Positions 38,213 through 52,121 of a DNA stretch of 64,000 nt are shown in pieces (position 1 is the first letter of the stretch; every line of letters starts with the position of its first letter). The DNA comes from Octopus vulgaris. Lineage: Eukaryota. Under the pieces are notes generated by a model. That model searched no databases, was not told the origin of the DNA, and saw nothing but the letters and a program-made list of their open reading frames with translations. A program made the translations under genes and the position numbers. Where the stretch lies: contig OX597834.1 in the NCBI GenBank assembly GCA_951406725.2, forward strand, positions 33,666,001 through 33,730,000, in the 5' to 3' direction.

Positions 38213-38658
38213 GCCCTTTTAAATTATAAATATTATTTAAGGTGAGGCAAAAGGGATAAAAATTACAGAAATGGATGTCAGACCGGATATGAAACGCTAT
38301 GAACATCGCATCAGTTTATGAGCATCTATAAGCGTCTTATTGATATCGTTATTAAAGGATATATTACATATTAAATTATAAGGAGATATAACATGCATAT
38401 ATGTGCGTATGAATGTGTGTGCATGTATGATAATATGTGTGTATGCCTGCATGTGTGTACGTGTATGAATGAATGTATGTCTGATAATAGGTGCGTATGT
38501 GTGTATGTATGATAATGTGTGTACATGTCTGTCTGTCTGTCTGTCTGTATGTATGTATGTATGTATGTATGTATGTTTGTACGTGTGATACACATATGCA
38601 AGCAATTACAACGTTGATCAAATCTCATAGATAAACCACGCCTCACCTGCCGACAGGA

Positions 38659-38704
<46 letters not shown>

Positions 38705-39031
38705 CATCATCATCATCATCGTCATCATTTAACGTCCGTCTTCCATGCTGGCAGGGGTTAGGATATACACATACATACAGAAACACACACATACACACGC
38801 ACATGAATACAGACAGCATACATAGTTAAGGTCGCAGCCCCAAATATTTTCTATTTATATGAACATTTGTTGAGCACTTCGGTGAAAAATTCCTCGTTAA
38901 CACTAATTACGATGTATCCCGCGGTGTACTTACGTCTCTTGTTACTGAGTGTATATGTACATGTACTTGTGTGTACGTGTGTGTGTGTGTGTGTATATAT
39001 GTGTATATGTATGCATATAAATATATAGATG

Positions 39032-39077
<46 letters not shown>

Positions 39078-39242
39078 TACATATATAAATATGCATATAA
39101 TTAAATAAATAACACATACATATACGCACATACATACATGCATACATATATATATATACACACACATATGCACATATATATATAAATATACGCACATACA
39201 TACATATAAATACATATACATACATACATCATACATACACGG

Positions 39243-39470
39243 CAAAATGAAAACACCAACAGGCTAAACTATTGAGAAATTTACAGCTAATCCATCCAGC
39301 TTACAAATCCAGATTTATACCCGTAAACACTGGATCACTAGGATATTTCAGCACTAAGCTTGAGAAATATGGTGTTTCGAAACTATAAAGGAGAAAGCTA
39401 ATTTGAAGACTGCAAATATAAGCCATCAGTGGAACTGTCAAAACATGTAAAACTTTGCAAAAGTTTAGCA
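39243..39470 (+). mobile_element. R4/Dong-like (restriction-like endonuclease) LINE C-terminal relic
   Basis: KLLRNLQLIHPAYKSRFIPVNTGSLGY...RRKLI*RLQI*AISGTVKTCKTLQKF. Confidence 0.65.
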
Positions 39471-39471
39471 T

Positions 39472-39640
39472 AGGTGCAGGAGTGGCTGTGTGGTAAGTAG
39501 CTTGCTTACCACACAGGTGTGGTTCAGTCCCACTGCGTGGCACATTGGGCAAGTGTCTTCTACTATAGCCTTGGATCGACCAAAGCCTTGTGAGTGGATC
39601 TGGTAGACGGACACTGAAAAGAAGCCCGTCGTATATATGT
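39472..39640 (+). mobile_element. SINE family B 5' part
   Basis: GGTGCAGGAGTGGCTGTGTGGTAAG...TTGGGCAAGTGTCTTCT. Confidence 0.88.
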
Positions 39641-39703
39641 ATATATATGTGTGTGTGTGTGTGTGTGTATGTCTGTGTGTGTGTGTGTGTGTGTGTGCGT
39701 GTG

Positions 39704-40675
39704 TGCATACGTATTAACATTCATTCACAGAGAATGTGGATGTGCCTGTGTGTGCATGTGTGTGTGTATGAGTGTCTGTGAGTTAATATATTTATATTGG
39801 TAAATTTATGTGTTTATACGCGCACACACACATATATATATATATATATACGCATACACACACACATACTCATACACACGCGCGTATCTTGACAACCACA
39901 GCAATGTACGAAGCCTGAAGCATCACGTGTTTGAAGGTCCATGAAGTAGATGCCTCTGAATTCTCGCGTCCTCGTGTCCCCATCGTGTCTGAAAGTCGAC
40001 CATTTGTTAAAAAAACTAACCAGTAGTTTGTCTATCGATTTTGTGATACATATTTGAATGAATGAATGAATGAATGAATGAATGAATGTTCGTCCTTCGG
40101 GTTCGAAGATGACCATTGACATCATTTGGTGGAATTGCTGCTGTGAGACCGGAGGTGGCTGATGAGGCCAATCCGGACAAGAAAGCCCCTCCCACAGGTG
40201 GGGCAGAAGTGGGTAGGGGCTGTGGTATTGGTGCAGGCGGCTGTTTTTTCGTTGTCAAAAAAAGTCCGTTTCCTTGTTTGCTGTTATGTTTTCGTTTCTC
40301 GTTGTGTTCTACGTTTATTTGTGGTGCCCTGTACACACACACATATATATATATATATGCATGTATATATATACATGTAGATGTAGGTATGTAAAACAGA
40401 GTACAAGACAACCAACACAAGGAACATTCCCCTTCTTCAGCTGCCCCTGTTTCGACTCAATGCGTGTTTCGAATACACGCATAAATGCGTATCACAGAAT
40501 CGATAGACAAACTACTGGTTAGTTTATTAACAAATGGTCGGCTTTCAGACACGAGGACGCGAGAATACAGAGGCATCTACTTCGTGGACCTTCAAACACG
40601 TGACGCTTCAGGCTTCGTACATTGCTGTGGTTGTCAAGATACGCGCGTGCGTATGAGTATGCGTGTGCATGCGTG

Positions 40676-40738
<63 letters not shown>

Positions 40739-40874
40739 GTATGCTTGTGTATGCGCGGATAAACACATAAATTTACCAATATAAATATATTAACTCACAG
40801 ACACTCATACACACACACACATGCACACATAGGCACATCCACATTCTCTGTGAATGAATGTTAATACGTATGCA
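39704..40874. repeat. Long inverted duplication (arms 39704-40055 and 40483-40874)
   Basis: For example TATCTTGACAACCACAGCAATGTACGAAGCCTGAAGC versus GCTTCAGGCTTCGTACATTGCTGTGGTTGTCAAGATA. Confidence 0.95.
40056..40243 (-). mobile_element. 5'-truncated RTE LINE 3' end
   Basis: HFCPTCGRGFLVRIGLISHLRSHSSNSTK*, short 3' UTR GGTCATCTTCG..CGAAGGAC and (ATTC)n tail. Confidence 0.88.
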
Positions 40875-41427
40875 AAGACGCATACACACACACACCTATG
40901 TGTATATTAACCAATATAAATGTATTAATGCACGTGCACACACACACACACACGCAAACATACACACACACACTCACACAACCACGCACACAGACATACA
41001 CACACACACATGTATACATATAATACATAAACATACGTAACCTTTAAACCCTCTTACGTCCTTAAAAAGCTACGCACCTCCCTCAACAGGCGTCTAACGC
41101 TTTCACTTATCTGCCTGTATCGACACAACACTGTTTATTTATTATCAATATCTGTGTTTATCACCCTGGAATACACCCGCCAATCTCTCTATCTGTCTAT
41201 CTGTCTCTCTCTATCTCTCTGTCCCCGTGTCTTTCTTTCTCCACACACACACTCCACGTACAGAAACGATGGAATTTTAAGATTGTATTTTTAGAGGGCA
41301 AAATACGATTTGAACGGTGAATATAGTGTTGACATTCTTTAACAAGATTGTCACAACATGTGTCTGTTTTGTCTCTCTGTGTATGGATAAATGCATTTGT
41401 ATGTGTGTGTCTGAGCGTGTCTGTGTA

Positions 41428-41492
<65 letters not shown>

Positions 41493-41599
41493 CCCAAGGT
41501 GTGCAGTCAGACGGACTTTAAGGCTTAATCTTTCTACCCGTTTATCTATGAATACATTCATCCACCTAACTACGTAACTATACACCCGTACATACTTCC

Positions 41600-41645
<46 letters not shown>

Positions 41646-42021
41646 ACTTCCATCTATCTATCTATCTATCTACCGGTGTGTATGTCTGTGTTTTTGACTA
41701 TATGTATTTATGTATATTTAAATATTTATACATACATACAGACATACATATATACAAATATACATACATATACATACATACATACACACATATATATATA
41801 TATGTGTGTGTGTGTAGATAACAAGGGGAAACAGGTCGTTTTCGCTGGTATGCATTTAATTTACTTAAATAACAAAGACGAAGGTAGGATTTACGATCGT
41901 TTCAATTTACTAGTTTTAGTAAATCTGTTCAGAAAGCGAAATATAGTGAAAATTGATACATAGGTGATGGTAATAGAGGCAAAATTAGTTAGTCTTACAT
42001 TATATTTTGTTCTTGAGCTAG

Positions 42022-42062
<41 letters not shown>

Positions 42063-42068
<6 letters not shown>

Positions 42069-42304
42069 TGGCTAAAAGTCACCTGACAGTAAATCAAAAC
42101 CCATCTAATAATATCAAAATTAAAACAAGAAATTATTCTATACGAGACTTCGCTAATAAATAGGGAAATGTTGAAAAAAAAACGGTGATTTTAACTCACA
42201 GCTTTGAATTATTAAACATTCGTAATTGGAATGAATAAATAAAATTGAATATTAAATATTTATGGACTTTTGATCTACTGTCGGGTGACTTTTGGCCAAC
42301 TCTG
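42063..42304. mobile_element. Tc1/mariner-type MITE
   Basis: ~29-bp TIR (T)AGGGTTGGCTAAAAGTCACCTGACAGTA / TACTGTCGGGTGACTTTTGGCCAACTCTG with TA flanks. Confidence 0.88.
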
Positions 42305-42334
42305 TATAGATATATATAGAGAGAGAGGGGGGAG

Positions 42335-42640
42335 GATCACGTGATCGACCAGACTGTCGGTTGTTGTTATACATCGCTGGTCACAATGCACTTTCCATCG
42401 TTTTTAACTTTTCGAATGATGCCACCCCGCTAGCTAGGCAATCACATCCACATTACCCCCACTCACACACACACACACACACACACACCTGATCGGAAGG
42501 CTATTCCGTCACAGGGTGACGCATTAACAGCCGAGTGGACTGAAGGAACACGAAATGAAGTGTTTTGATTCCTAGACAGAGCGGCGCTCCGTCTGGGAAT
42601 CAACACATGGTCGTGAGTGCAACTCCCTTACCACTATGCA
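42335..42640 (-). mobile_element. tRNA-derived SINE, decayed
   Basis: Tail ATCACGTGA..GCTGGTCACAATGC..CCACCCCGCT shared with 60080-60333. Confidence 0.7.
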
Positions 42641-42642
42641 AT

Positions 42643-42675
<33 letters not shown>

Positions 42676-42687
42676 TCACATATACAT

Positions 42688-43249
42688 ATAAGAGAAATGT
42701 AAAAATGGAGACAAACGCACAAGATGTTATTTAAATCATTTATATCACCAACATGTTTCGATGGATACATTAAAATGAATCCAGGAGCGAAAATAAGATG
42801 GAATAATGTATCAGTCTCATCAGGGTGAATATCATAAATAACTGTGTTCATTAATAAGCCATGTTTACAAAAGTAAGAAATTATAATATATAATATATAA
42901 AAAGACAAATGGTGGATAGAGAACGCTAGTAATTTTTAAAATACCGTTAATGCCGTCTCTTTTGCGTAATAATATCTGTAACTTGCATTTTATTTTTTTT
43001 AATCCATACATCCCATTCTTTCCTTTACCGTTTCTATCCATTGTCATACACCTTTTTATTTGTTTAGACCTCCATTACTTCTTTAATTTTCTGTTTTTCT
43101 CCCTTCTCTTCCTCTCTCAATTTATGATATCAAATTTCTTAACGGTATTTTATAAATTACTTGCATTCTCTATCCACCATTTGTCTTTTTATATATTATA
43201 TATTTTAATAACATCTTGTGCGTTTGTTTCCATTTCCCATTTCTCTTAT
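42688..43249. mobile_element. Inverted Penelope-like pLTR pair (arms 42688-42950 and 43139-43249)
   Basis: AAAGACAAATGGTGGATAGAGAA versus TTCTCTATCCACCATTTGTCTTT; the right arm lacks about 150 bp containing the HHR. Confidence 0.8.
42745..42828 (-). ncRNA. Type I hammerhead ribozyme, intact core
   Basis: UCACC-CUGAUGA-GA..GAUACAUUA...UAAUGUAUC..UC-GAAA-CAUG-UU-GGUGA; palindromic helix III; predicted cut between 42750 and 42749. Confidence 0.85.
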
Positions 43250-43798
43250 GTTCTCCAAAACACGCCTCACTTTTCTTTGCAATTATTACCCATGCATGTG
43301 TGGTTACTAATAGCTTTAAGTGCTTATGTGACATTTGGTTACCCAGGTAACTATTTCTCCGGATAAATTAAACATATACATACCGTATTTGATGTCCTAC
43401 AAAAGCCCCCCCCCCCTTTTTTTTTAAACCCCAAAATGGCTTTAAAAACACCACTGCATCCAATGCACTCAATGTAGGGTCAAAACTTGCTCAAAACAGT
43501 TTGTATGTTTACAAAACGTATGCTGCCATATATTGGTGAACAATCGCCTACGGTATGTTTATATCGAATGTGGATGCAATAAATTGCTTATAATTACCGG
43601 TAATAACATAAAGTTATACAGGTAAGCGGAGGAATTAAAACATTATTTTAGTGGTAATTTATTTTACAAAAGTATAGCCTAGGCTAGGATGCGTACTATG
43701 CGCTCGTGCGTCTTATAGGCCATCAAAAGCTGTACATACATACATTTATATATATATACATATATGTATATACACATATATATACATATATTTATACA

Positions 43799-43832
<34 letters not shown>

Positions 43833-43913
43833 CACACACACATATGTATATGTATATACATATACATATATATATATATACATATATATATATACATATA
43901 TATATATACATAT

Positions 43914-43950
<37 letters not shown>

Positions 43951-43997
43951 CACAAATGATAGAGACGGAAAATGGAATGCACAGGGGACTTTATTGC

Positions 43998-44101
43998 TCA
44001 CAACGACCGTTTCGACAAATCCTGCATCGATCCATCGCGGGTGCGCAACTATACAACTAGTTGTGGTGCATTCCTCGTTGTAGAAGCGTCTCGTCAGGTG
44101 A
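43998..44101 (-). ncRNA. Type I hammerhead ribozyme, intact core, long helix II insertion
   Basis: UCAC-CUGACGA-GAC...(about 70 nt)...GUC-GAAA-CGGUCG-UU-GUGA; predicted cut between 44002 and 44001. Confidence 0.8.
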
Positions 44102-44235
44102 CATAATAAGAGGTATCTCGTCAAATGGACTCTGTTTCGCTCGGGTTTGATACGGCATGTTGTTAGTGACCGTAGGATTCAGCCGGTTGGCCTGTCAGGG
44201 GAATCAACACATGATCGTGAGTGTAACACTCTACA

Positions 44236-44339
44236 TCGCCTGACGGGACGTTTCTGCACCGAGGGATGCATCACAGGTAGTTGTGTAGTTTCCCACCCGC
44301 GAGAGATCGATGCAGGATGTGTCGAGACGATCGTTGTGA
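44236..44339 (+). ncRNA. Hammerhead ribozyme with mutated core (probably inactive)
   Basis: UCGC-CUGACGG-GAC...GUC-GAGA-CGAUCG-UU-GUGA: A9G and A14G changes; helix III palindrome intact. Confidence 0.75.
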
Positions 44340-44531
44340 GTAATAAACTTTTCTGTGCATTCCGTTTTCTTTAATATTCAACGCATAATTGAGGAATCCC
44401 TGAGGTCGATCCAGCGACAACCATGTAACTACCGTGGATGACGTCAGGTAGCCATCGGCAGTGAACGTACTTTATCGGTGTGCTACTAAGAACATACCTA
44501 ACACTTAAATATTAACACACACACAAATAAT

Positions 44532-44581
<50 letters not shown>

Positions 44582-44694
44582 CCAAATTAATTAATTTCAC
44601 CCTATATTATTACGAATGAGGCTTTTACATGCCGAAATCTACTTGGTGAAATTAATGATTATTCCAAATTAATTAATTTCACCCTACATTATTA

Positions 44695-44738
<44 letters not shown>

Positions 44739-44862
44739 TATATGTATATGTGTATATGTATGTGTATATATATATATATACACACACACATGCATATATA
44801 CATATATATGTATTTAAATGCACATGTGCGTATATATATGTATACACATACATCATTATATG

Positions 44863-44903
<41 letters not shown>

Positions 44904-45022
44904 GTGTGTGTGTATTTGTTCTAGTACTATCCACCGGTATGTAACTAGTTTGTTACGTGCTTACGCACGAAACTCTCGGGCGATGTGCCATTCTGATGTT
45001 TCTGCTAAACGTTATACATACA

Positions 45023-45189
<167 letters not shown>

Positions 45190-45273
45190 CATATATTTAC
45201 ATATATACATATACATATATATATACATACATATATATATTTATACATATATATATATATATATTTATATGCA

Positions 45274-45319
<46 letters not shown>

Positions 45320-45975
45320 CACCACACACACACACACACACATATATAAAACAAAAATGGGACAAAAACGCAAAACATCCAGACAGACGATACAAAGAAA
45401 ACAAGGACGCGTCATTCTGGGTTTTCATTCCTCGGTCGAGTTCCACATTATCTTTTTTTTTTTTTTTTTGCACTGTGTTTACGAGATAAACTAAACGTCA
45501 AAATGTTATTACGCATTTAGGACGAAGTAAACACACGTGTGCCTTTGAACAAGAAATTTATCCGAAACGTCAGTAACGCTTCTCCTAACGTTATGACGAC
45601 AGATATGTATGTATATATATGTGTGTGTGTGTATGTGTGTGTGTGTGTATAAGCATATATATGCATATCTATACGTAAAAATGTATGTATATATGGATAT
45701 ACATATACGTAAATATTAATGTATATAAATATATACATATACATATGTGTATGTGTGTGAGTGTGTGTGTGTGTGTGAGTGTAAACACATACGTGCGCAT
45801 CCACATACACATTTTTTGGAATTTCGTTGTTATTTATGTATATCAGACCAACACACATATATACATACATTCATGCATGCATGAATACATACATAATATG
45901 TAAGTATATATGTATATATATATATACGTGTGTGTGTGTGTCTGTGTTTGTATATATATGTATGTATATATATGA

Positions 45976-46009
<34 letters not shown>

Positions 46010-46508
46010 TCTGGTTATATTACAAAATTTCTCACCCATTGAGTAAAAGCCGGTTTCTGACCTTTTCATTAGAATTTTCGTAATATAAGTTGGGAAATCA
46101 TGTATCTTTTTGTCTGTATGTATGTATGTATGTATGTATGTATGTATGCATGCACATATGTATATTGTTATACGTGTATATGTTTATGATGTATGTATGT
46201 ACCTTATGTACACAATGTATGTTTGTGGTGTGCATGTCTGTAAATTTTCTTGGGGCATTTGCTATATATATAAATATAAATATAAATATAAATATAAATA
46301 TAAATATATATAGTAGAGGAAATAGCTAAAATTTTCTGGCTGCTATTTCTAAAAGTTCGGTGTGTGGTAAAGTAAATTTTTTTCACTGAACCCTAATTAT
46401 ATAATGCAATATTTTAAATATACCGTAAATGGTCCTTTTACATACTGAACACTACTTGGTAAAATTATTAATTAATAATTAATTAATTAATTTCACTCTT
46501 TTTATTAT

Positions 46509-46648
<140 letters not shown>

Positions 46649-46649
46649 G

Positions 46650-46868
46650 TTTTGTGTGTGTTTGTCGCTGCCCCCACCCCACGCTTGTCAACCGGTTTTG
46701 GCGTGTTTACGTCCGCGTAACTAAGCAGTTCGGCAAAAGACACCGATAGGATAAGTACCAGGTTTTAACAAAAAAAAAAAAATAGTAAGCAATGGAGTTC
46801 GACTACAATTTTTCAAGGTGGTGCCCCAGTATGACCGCAATCTTATGACTGAAAGAAGTAGAAGATTA
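46650..46868 (+). mobile_element. SINE family B 3' half
   Basis: CGCTTGTCAACCGG...GTTCGGCAAAAGACACCGATAG...GGTGGTGCCCCAG...ATGACTGAAA. Confidence 0.8.
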
Positions 46869-47060
46869 TACACACACACACACACACACATATATGATGT
46901 ATGTATGTATGTATACACATGTGTGTATGTGATCAAAAGCTACGCCGGACGGTCGCGACCAGCCAAGATCTTTTGGTGAAACTAGACTGTCAACTTTTTT
47001 ATTAAAACATATTAACCCACCGCTCTCGACGTATTGTCATATCATATACTACGCGGTGTG

Positions 47061-47093
<33 letters not shown>

Positions 47094-47217
47094 ATATTTA
47101 TATACATGCAAATGCACACACACGCACACGCAAACATATCTATACAAATAGATGTGTATGTATATATATATTTATAACGATAGAAAGATAGATAGATAGA
47201 AAGACAGACAGATAGAC

Positions 47218-47272
<55 letters not shown>

Positions 47273-47313
47273 CAAACAGACAGACAGATAGACAGAGAGA
47301 CAGAGAGACTGAC

Positions 47314-47393
<80 letters not shown>

Positions 47394-47489
47394 GTGTGTA
47401 CACATTACAGATTTGGTGATTGAAATAGCAACAGAAAACTAAAACAAGTATTATGTATGTATTTAACATGCAAGTTTGTGTGTACGTGC

Positions 47490-47544
<55 letters not shown>

Positions 47545-48018
47545 AAGTGTGTATGATTGTATACATGTACGGCTGTAATGTGTATATGTAGGTCCGTTCG
47601 TATGTATGACTATATGTACGTATATATGTACGTGCATACATATATATGTGTGGCTGTATGCATGTATGTAAACATGTAGGTATACAGGTAACTATCACAA
47701 TATAAAATCTATAGTCGGCTTAAAAAACACTTACCTCATGTTAACGCTGAAAGTTTTGTTGAGAAATAATATATCTTGGTCAGAGAGTGACAGACGGAGA
47801 AGGAGAGAGGCAGAGAGGGAGAGGCTATGTACAGGAATAGATAGAGTAATAGACTGTAGAGAGAGGGCAGGAAACTGTGTGTGTGTGTGTGTGTGTGAGT
47901 GTGTGCGTGTGTGTGTGTGTGTGTTTATGAGAGAGAAAACGAGAAAGTAGATAGAGCGTGGGAGAGAGGACGGATAGTGCTACGATTTTGTATCTGTCTG
48001 TGTGTAGGTATTTGTGTT

Positions 48019-48088
<70 letters not shown>

Positions 48089-48240
48089 GTGTGTGTGCGC
48101 GCGCCTGATTAGAGAGAATGAGAGAGAAAGTGATATGTAGATAGAGAGCGGGAGGGAGGATGGATAGTTATACAATTATGTATGTGTTTGTGCGTGAATA
48201 CGCATATCTGTACGTGATGTTAATTCTGTATGTGTGTGTG

Positions 48241-48280
<40 letters not shown>

Positions 48281-48549
48281 CAGAGAGACAGAGAGACAGA
48301 GACAGACAGAGGGAGATAGATAGCTAAAGAGACAAAGAGTAATAGGACGACCAGTGATAAAATTTGTGTGTGTGTGTGTTTGTAGTTAATTACGTGTATG
48401 TGTTTGTGAAAGCGGAGCAAAGATAGATAGATAAATAGAACGAGAGAGAAGGAGAGAGATAGAAAGAGAGGGCGCGCAGGAGAGAGGTCGGACTATGATA
48501 CAATTATGTATGTGTGTATGTAGTTAACGGCGTGTGTATGTGTGTATGA

Positions 48550-48581
<32 letters not shown>

Positions 48582-48819
48582 GTATGTGTGTGTGTGTATG
48601 TGTGAATGGGAGTCGGACGGGGGGAGGGGAGATAGTGTAATAGAGAAGATGGACAGAGAAAGAAATTATGCATTCGTATGCATGTGTGCGCGCGCGTGTG
48701 TGTGCTTGTGTACCTGTATGAGTTGAGAGAAGCGTGGTAAAAAATAGATATGTGAATTGACAGATAAATAGATAAGGAGATAGAAAGGTAATATAGATAT
48801 CGTGTTTAACAGATATGTA

Positions 48820-49290
<471 letters not shown>

Positions 49291-50959
49291 TAAATAGGTT
49301 GGATGGATGGATTGATAGAGGAAGAGAGAAAGAGATAAATAGAGAGATTAATAAAGAGGAGAAAGTGATAAGCTACGTGTGTGGTTGTTGATATTTTTGA
49401 TGTTAGCCCCAGGTCAGCCTTGATTGAGTAAAGCTATGATCAATGGCATTCCAACCGTAACTACCCTGGCTTTCTCCAGGTATTGTGTACCCCGAACAAC
49501 ATTATCCAATACGCTATTTTTTTAAGACGGTCGAACGATATTTGAGGAGAAATTTGGCTGCTTTCTTTAGCAGGCCGATCTACCACGTTGACTGATATGG
49601 TTATGTGTATGTGTATGCCTGTATGTGTGTGTGTGTGTGAGGATAGCGTCATGTATATTTTCGGGGAGAACGTGTGTATGTGTGGGATAGTGAGTGTATG
49701 CGTGTAATTATGTATACTTATGTATATGTTTGTATGTGCGAATGAGTATGCATGTAAATGAAGATGTAAACGGATACTATAATAGATGACAAACGAAGTG
49801 TGGGGAGAGAGAAAAGGAAAGACAGAGACAGAGAGAGAGAGAAAAGGAAAGACAGAGAGAGAGAGAGAGAAAAGGAAAGACAGAGAGAGAGAAAGTGAAA
49901 GATTAATAGAATGAGTTAAATAGACAAACGAATGAAAGGCTGAAGAGAAAATAAATAAAGAGAGGAAGTAAGAAAGAAAGCAAAAAGAAAGGAAAAAGAA
50001 AGGGAGTTAGAAAGCGAGAAAAAAGGAAGAGAAGACAGAAAGAACGACAGAAAAAGCAAAAGAGAGAGAGAGGGAAAAGATGCAGAAACTAAGAAAAAAG
50101 AAAGCATAGAAAGAATATGAAGAAAGAAAGAAGGAAAGATAGTCAGAAGAAAAGATGTAAAAAGAAAGGGAAAAGATTAAAGAAAGAAAGAAAGAAGTAG
50201 ATGTAGGAAAAAGAACGGGATGTTGAAAGAAAAAGTAAGAAGGAAAGAAAGAAAAAAGAGGGGAAATGCTGAGTATATGAAAGAGAATTAGAAAAAAAGA
50301 AAAAATTTGAAGGGAAAGAAACTTTATAGAGAGAAAAAGAAGGTTAAAAAATTGCAATGGTCAAGAAAAGAAATCTAATGAAAAAAAACTTTTCTTCTTT
50401 ATGTTTGAAAGCAGACGATAACTTTATGAAAGAGAGAGAAAGTCGTGGTGGTGGTGGGAGGTGTGTATAGCGTTGTAGTATAGAGGTGGGAGTGGAAGTG
50501 GTGGTTGTGGGGTTGATGAAGGTGGTGGTGGTGGAGGTACAGTGGTGAAGCATAGATGCGGTGGTGGTGGTGGTGGTGATGGTATGCATGGCAGTGATGG
50601 TGACGGTTGTGATGGCAATGGTGATGATGGTGGTGGAGGTGGAGGTGGTGGTGGTGGTGGTGGTGGTGGTAGAGGTGGTGGTGGTGGTGGTGGTGATGGT
50701 GGTGATGGTGGTAGAGGTGAAGGTAGTAGGAATATAGTGGCGGTAATGATAGTGACACCGATGGAGATAGTTTAGTGGCGGCGGAGGTAGTGATGACAGC
50801 AGTGGGTAAATAGTGGTGGTGGTGGTGGCGGTGGTGGTGGTGATGTTAGTGGTGGTAGAGATGGTGGAGGCGACGGCGGTGATGGTGGTAATAGAGACGA
50901 CGATGGTAATATAATGACGGTAGTGTTGGCGATGGTGGTGGAGATGGCAAAGGATGTGG

Positions 50960-51440
50960 TAAGAGCGACGAACTGGCAGCACAGAATAAGCAAGCCGAAT
51001 CAGCCAGTATGCGTTTCGACTCTTACGTTCCAAGATCAAATCTTACCAAGGTCAACTTTGACTTTTCAATCCATTCGGGGTCAATAGATAGAGTACTATT
51101 TTTTGCATAATTAACTCGTATTCTCGGTTCTATGTTTCTCTCTTCGCTAACCCTCTCTATATCTCTATCTCAACGTTTTCGCTATGGCTGTGTGGTAAGA
51201 AATTCATTTCCCAACCACACGGTTTCGGGTTCAGTCCTACAGCATGGCACCTTGGGTAGGTGTCTTCTACAAGAGACCTGAGTCAACCAAAGCCCCGTGA
51301 GACGATTTGGTCGACAGAAACTGAAAAAAGCTCTTTGGGTTTCTGTTTGTTCGTCCGCTATTTGACAACTGGTGTTGGTTTGTTTGCGTCCCTATAACTT
51401 AGCGGTTCGGTAGAAAGCTGATAGAATAAGTACCAGACGT
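50960..51440 (+). mobile_element. Decayed SINE A (50960-51100) and SINE B (51180-51440)
   Basis: AAGGTCAACTTTG...GGGGTCAATA; GGCTGTGTGGTAAG...GGGTTCAGTCC...GATAGAATAAGTACCAG. Confidence 0.75.
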
Positions 51441-51486
51441 TAAGGCGGCGAAATGGTGATAATGCTGATGGTAGTGGTGGCAGAGG

Positions 51487-51546
<60 letters not shown>

Positions 51547-52088
51547 CTGCGGTAGAAAGGGAATGGAGATGATGTTTCGTGGCAGTGATGATAGCTGTGG
51601 TGTTGATGGTACTGGTGGTGATGATGATGGTGGTGATGATGGTGATGATGGTGGTGGCTGTGTTGGCGGTTGTGGTGAAGGCGATGATGGTGATAGAGAT
51701 TTGAGTGAAAGTGGTGGTGATGGTGAGGTGGCCGAGTAAGTAGTAATGGTGGTGGTGGTGGTGACGTTGACTGTATATGAAGCTGCTGCCTCAACACTTT
51801 ATACCTCTCTCTTTTACCCTTACTCTCTTTTTGTTCACCTTCCCTTCATTCTCTCTCTCTCTCTTCTTTCTATCTTCTCCTGCTCACATCTCTCCCTAAT
51901 CGATACAATCTAAATGTGTATCTTATTCTCCTCCCACTTCTCTCTTACTCTCTCTCTCTCTTTCTCTCTCTTACTCTCTCTCTTCTCAATACTTTCTAAT
52001 ACTGTTGTTGTTGTTCGTGGTGGTGGCAATGTTTCAATGTATCTTCTCCCCTCTTCAGTTCTCTCTGCTACCCACACTTCTTCGCTCG

Positions 52089-52121
<33 letters not shown>

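Larger units (their letters stand above)
43966..44370. mobile_element. Second inverted Penelope-like pLTR pair (arms about 43966-44105 and 44232-44370)
   Basis: Arms are diverged reverse complements, e.g. ATCCTGCATCGATC versus GATCGATGCAGGAT. Confidence 0.85.

Noticed and set aside
40157-40210. CTGATGA...GAAA-GCCCC/GGGGC hammerhead look
   Set aside because: Antisense of the RTE zinc-finger codons; lacks the 10.1-11.1 pair and UH.
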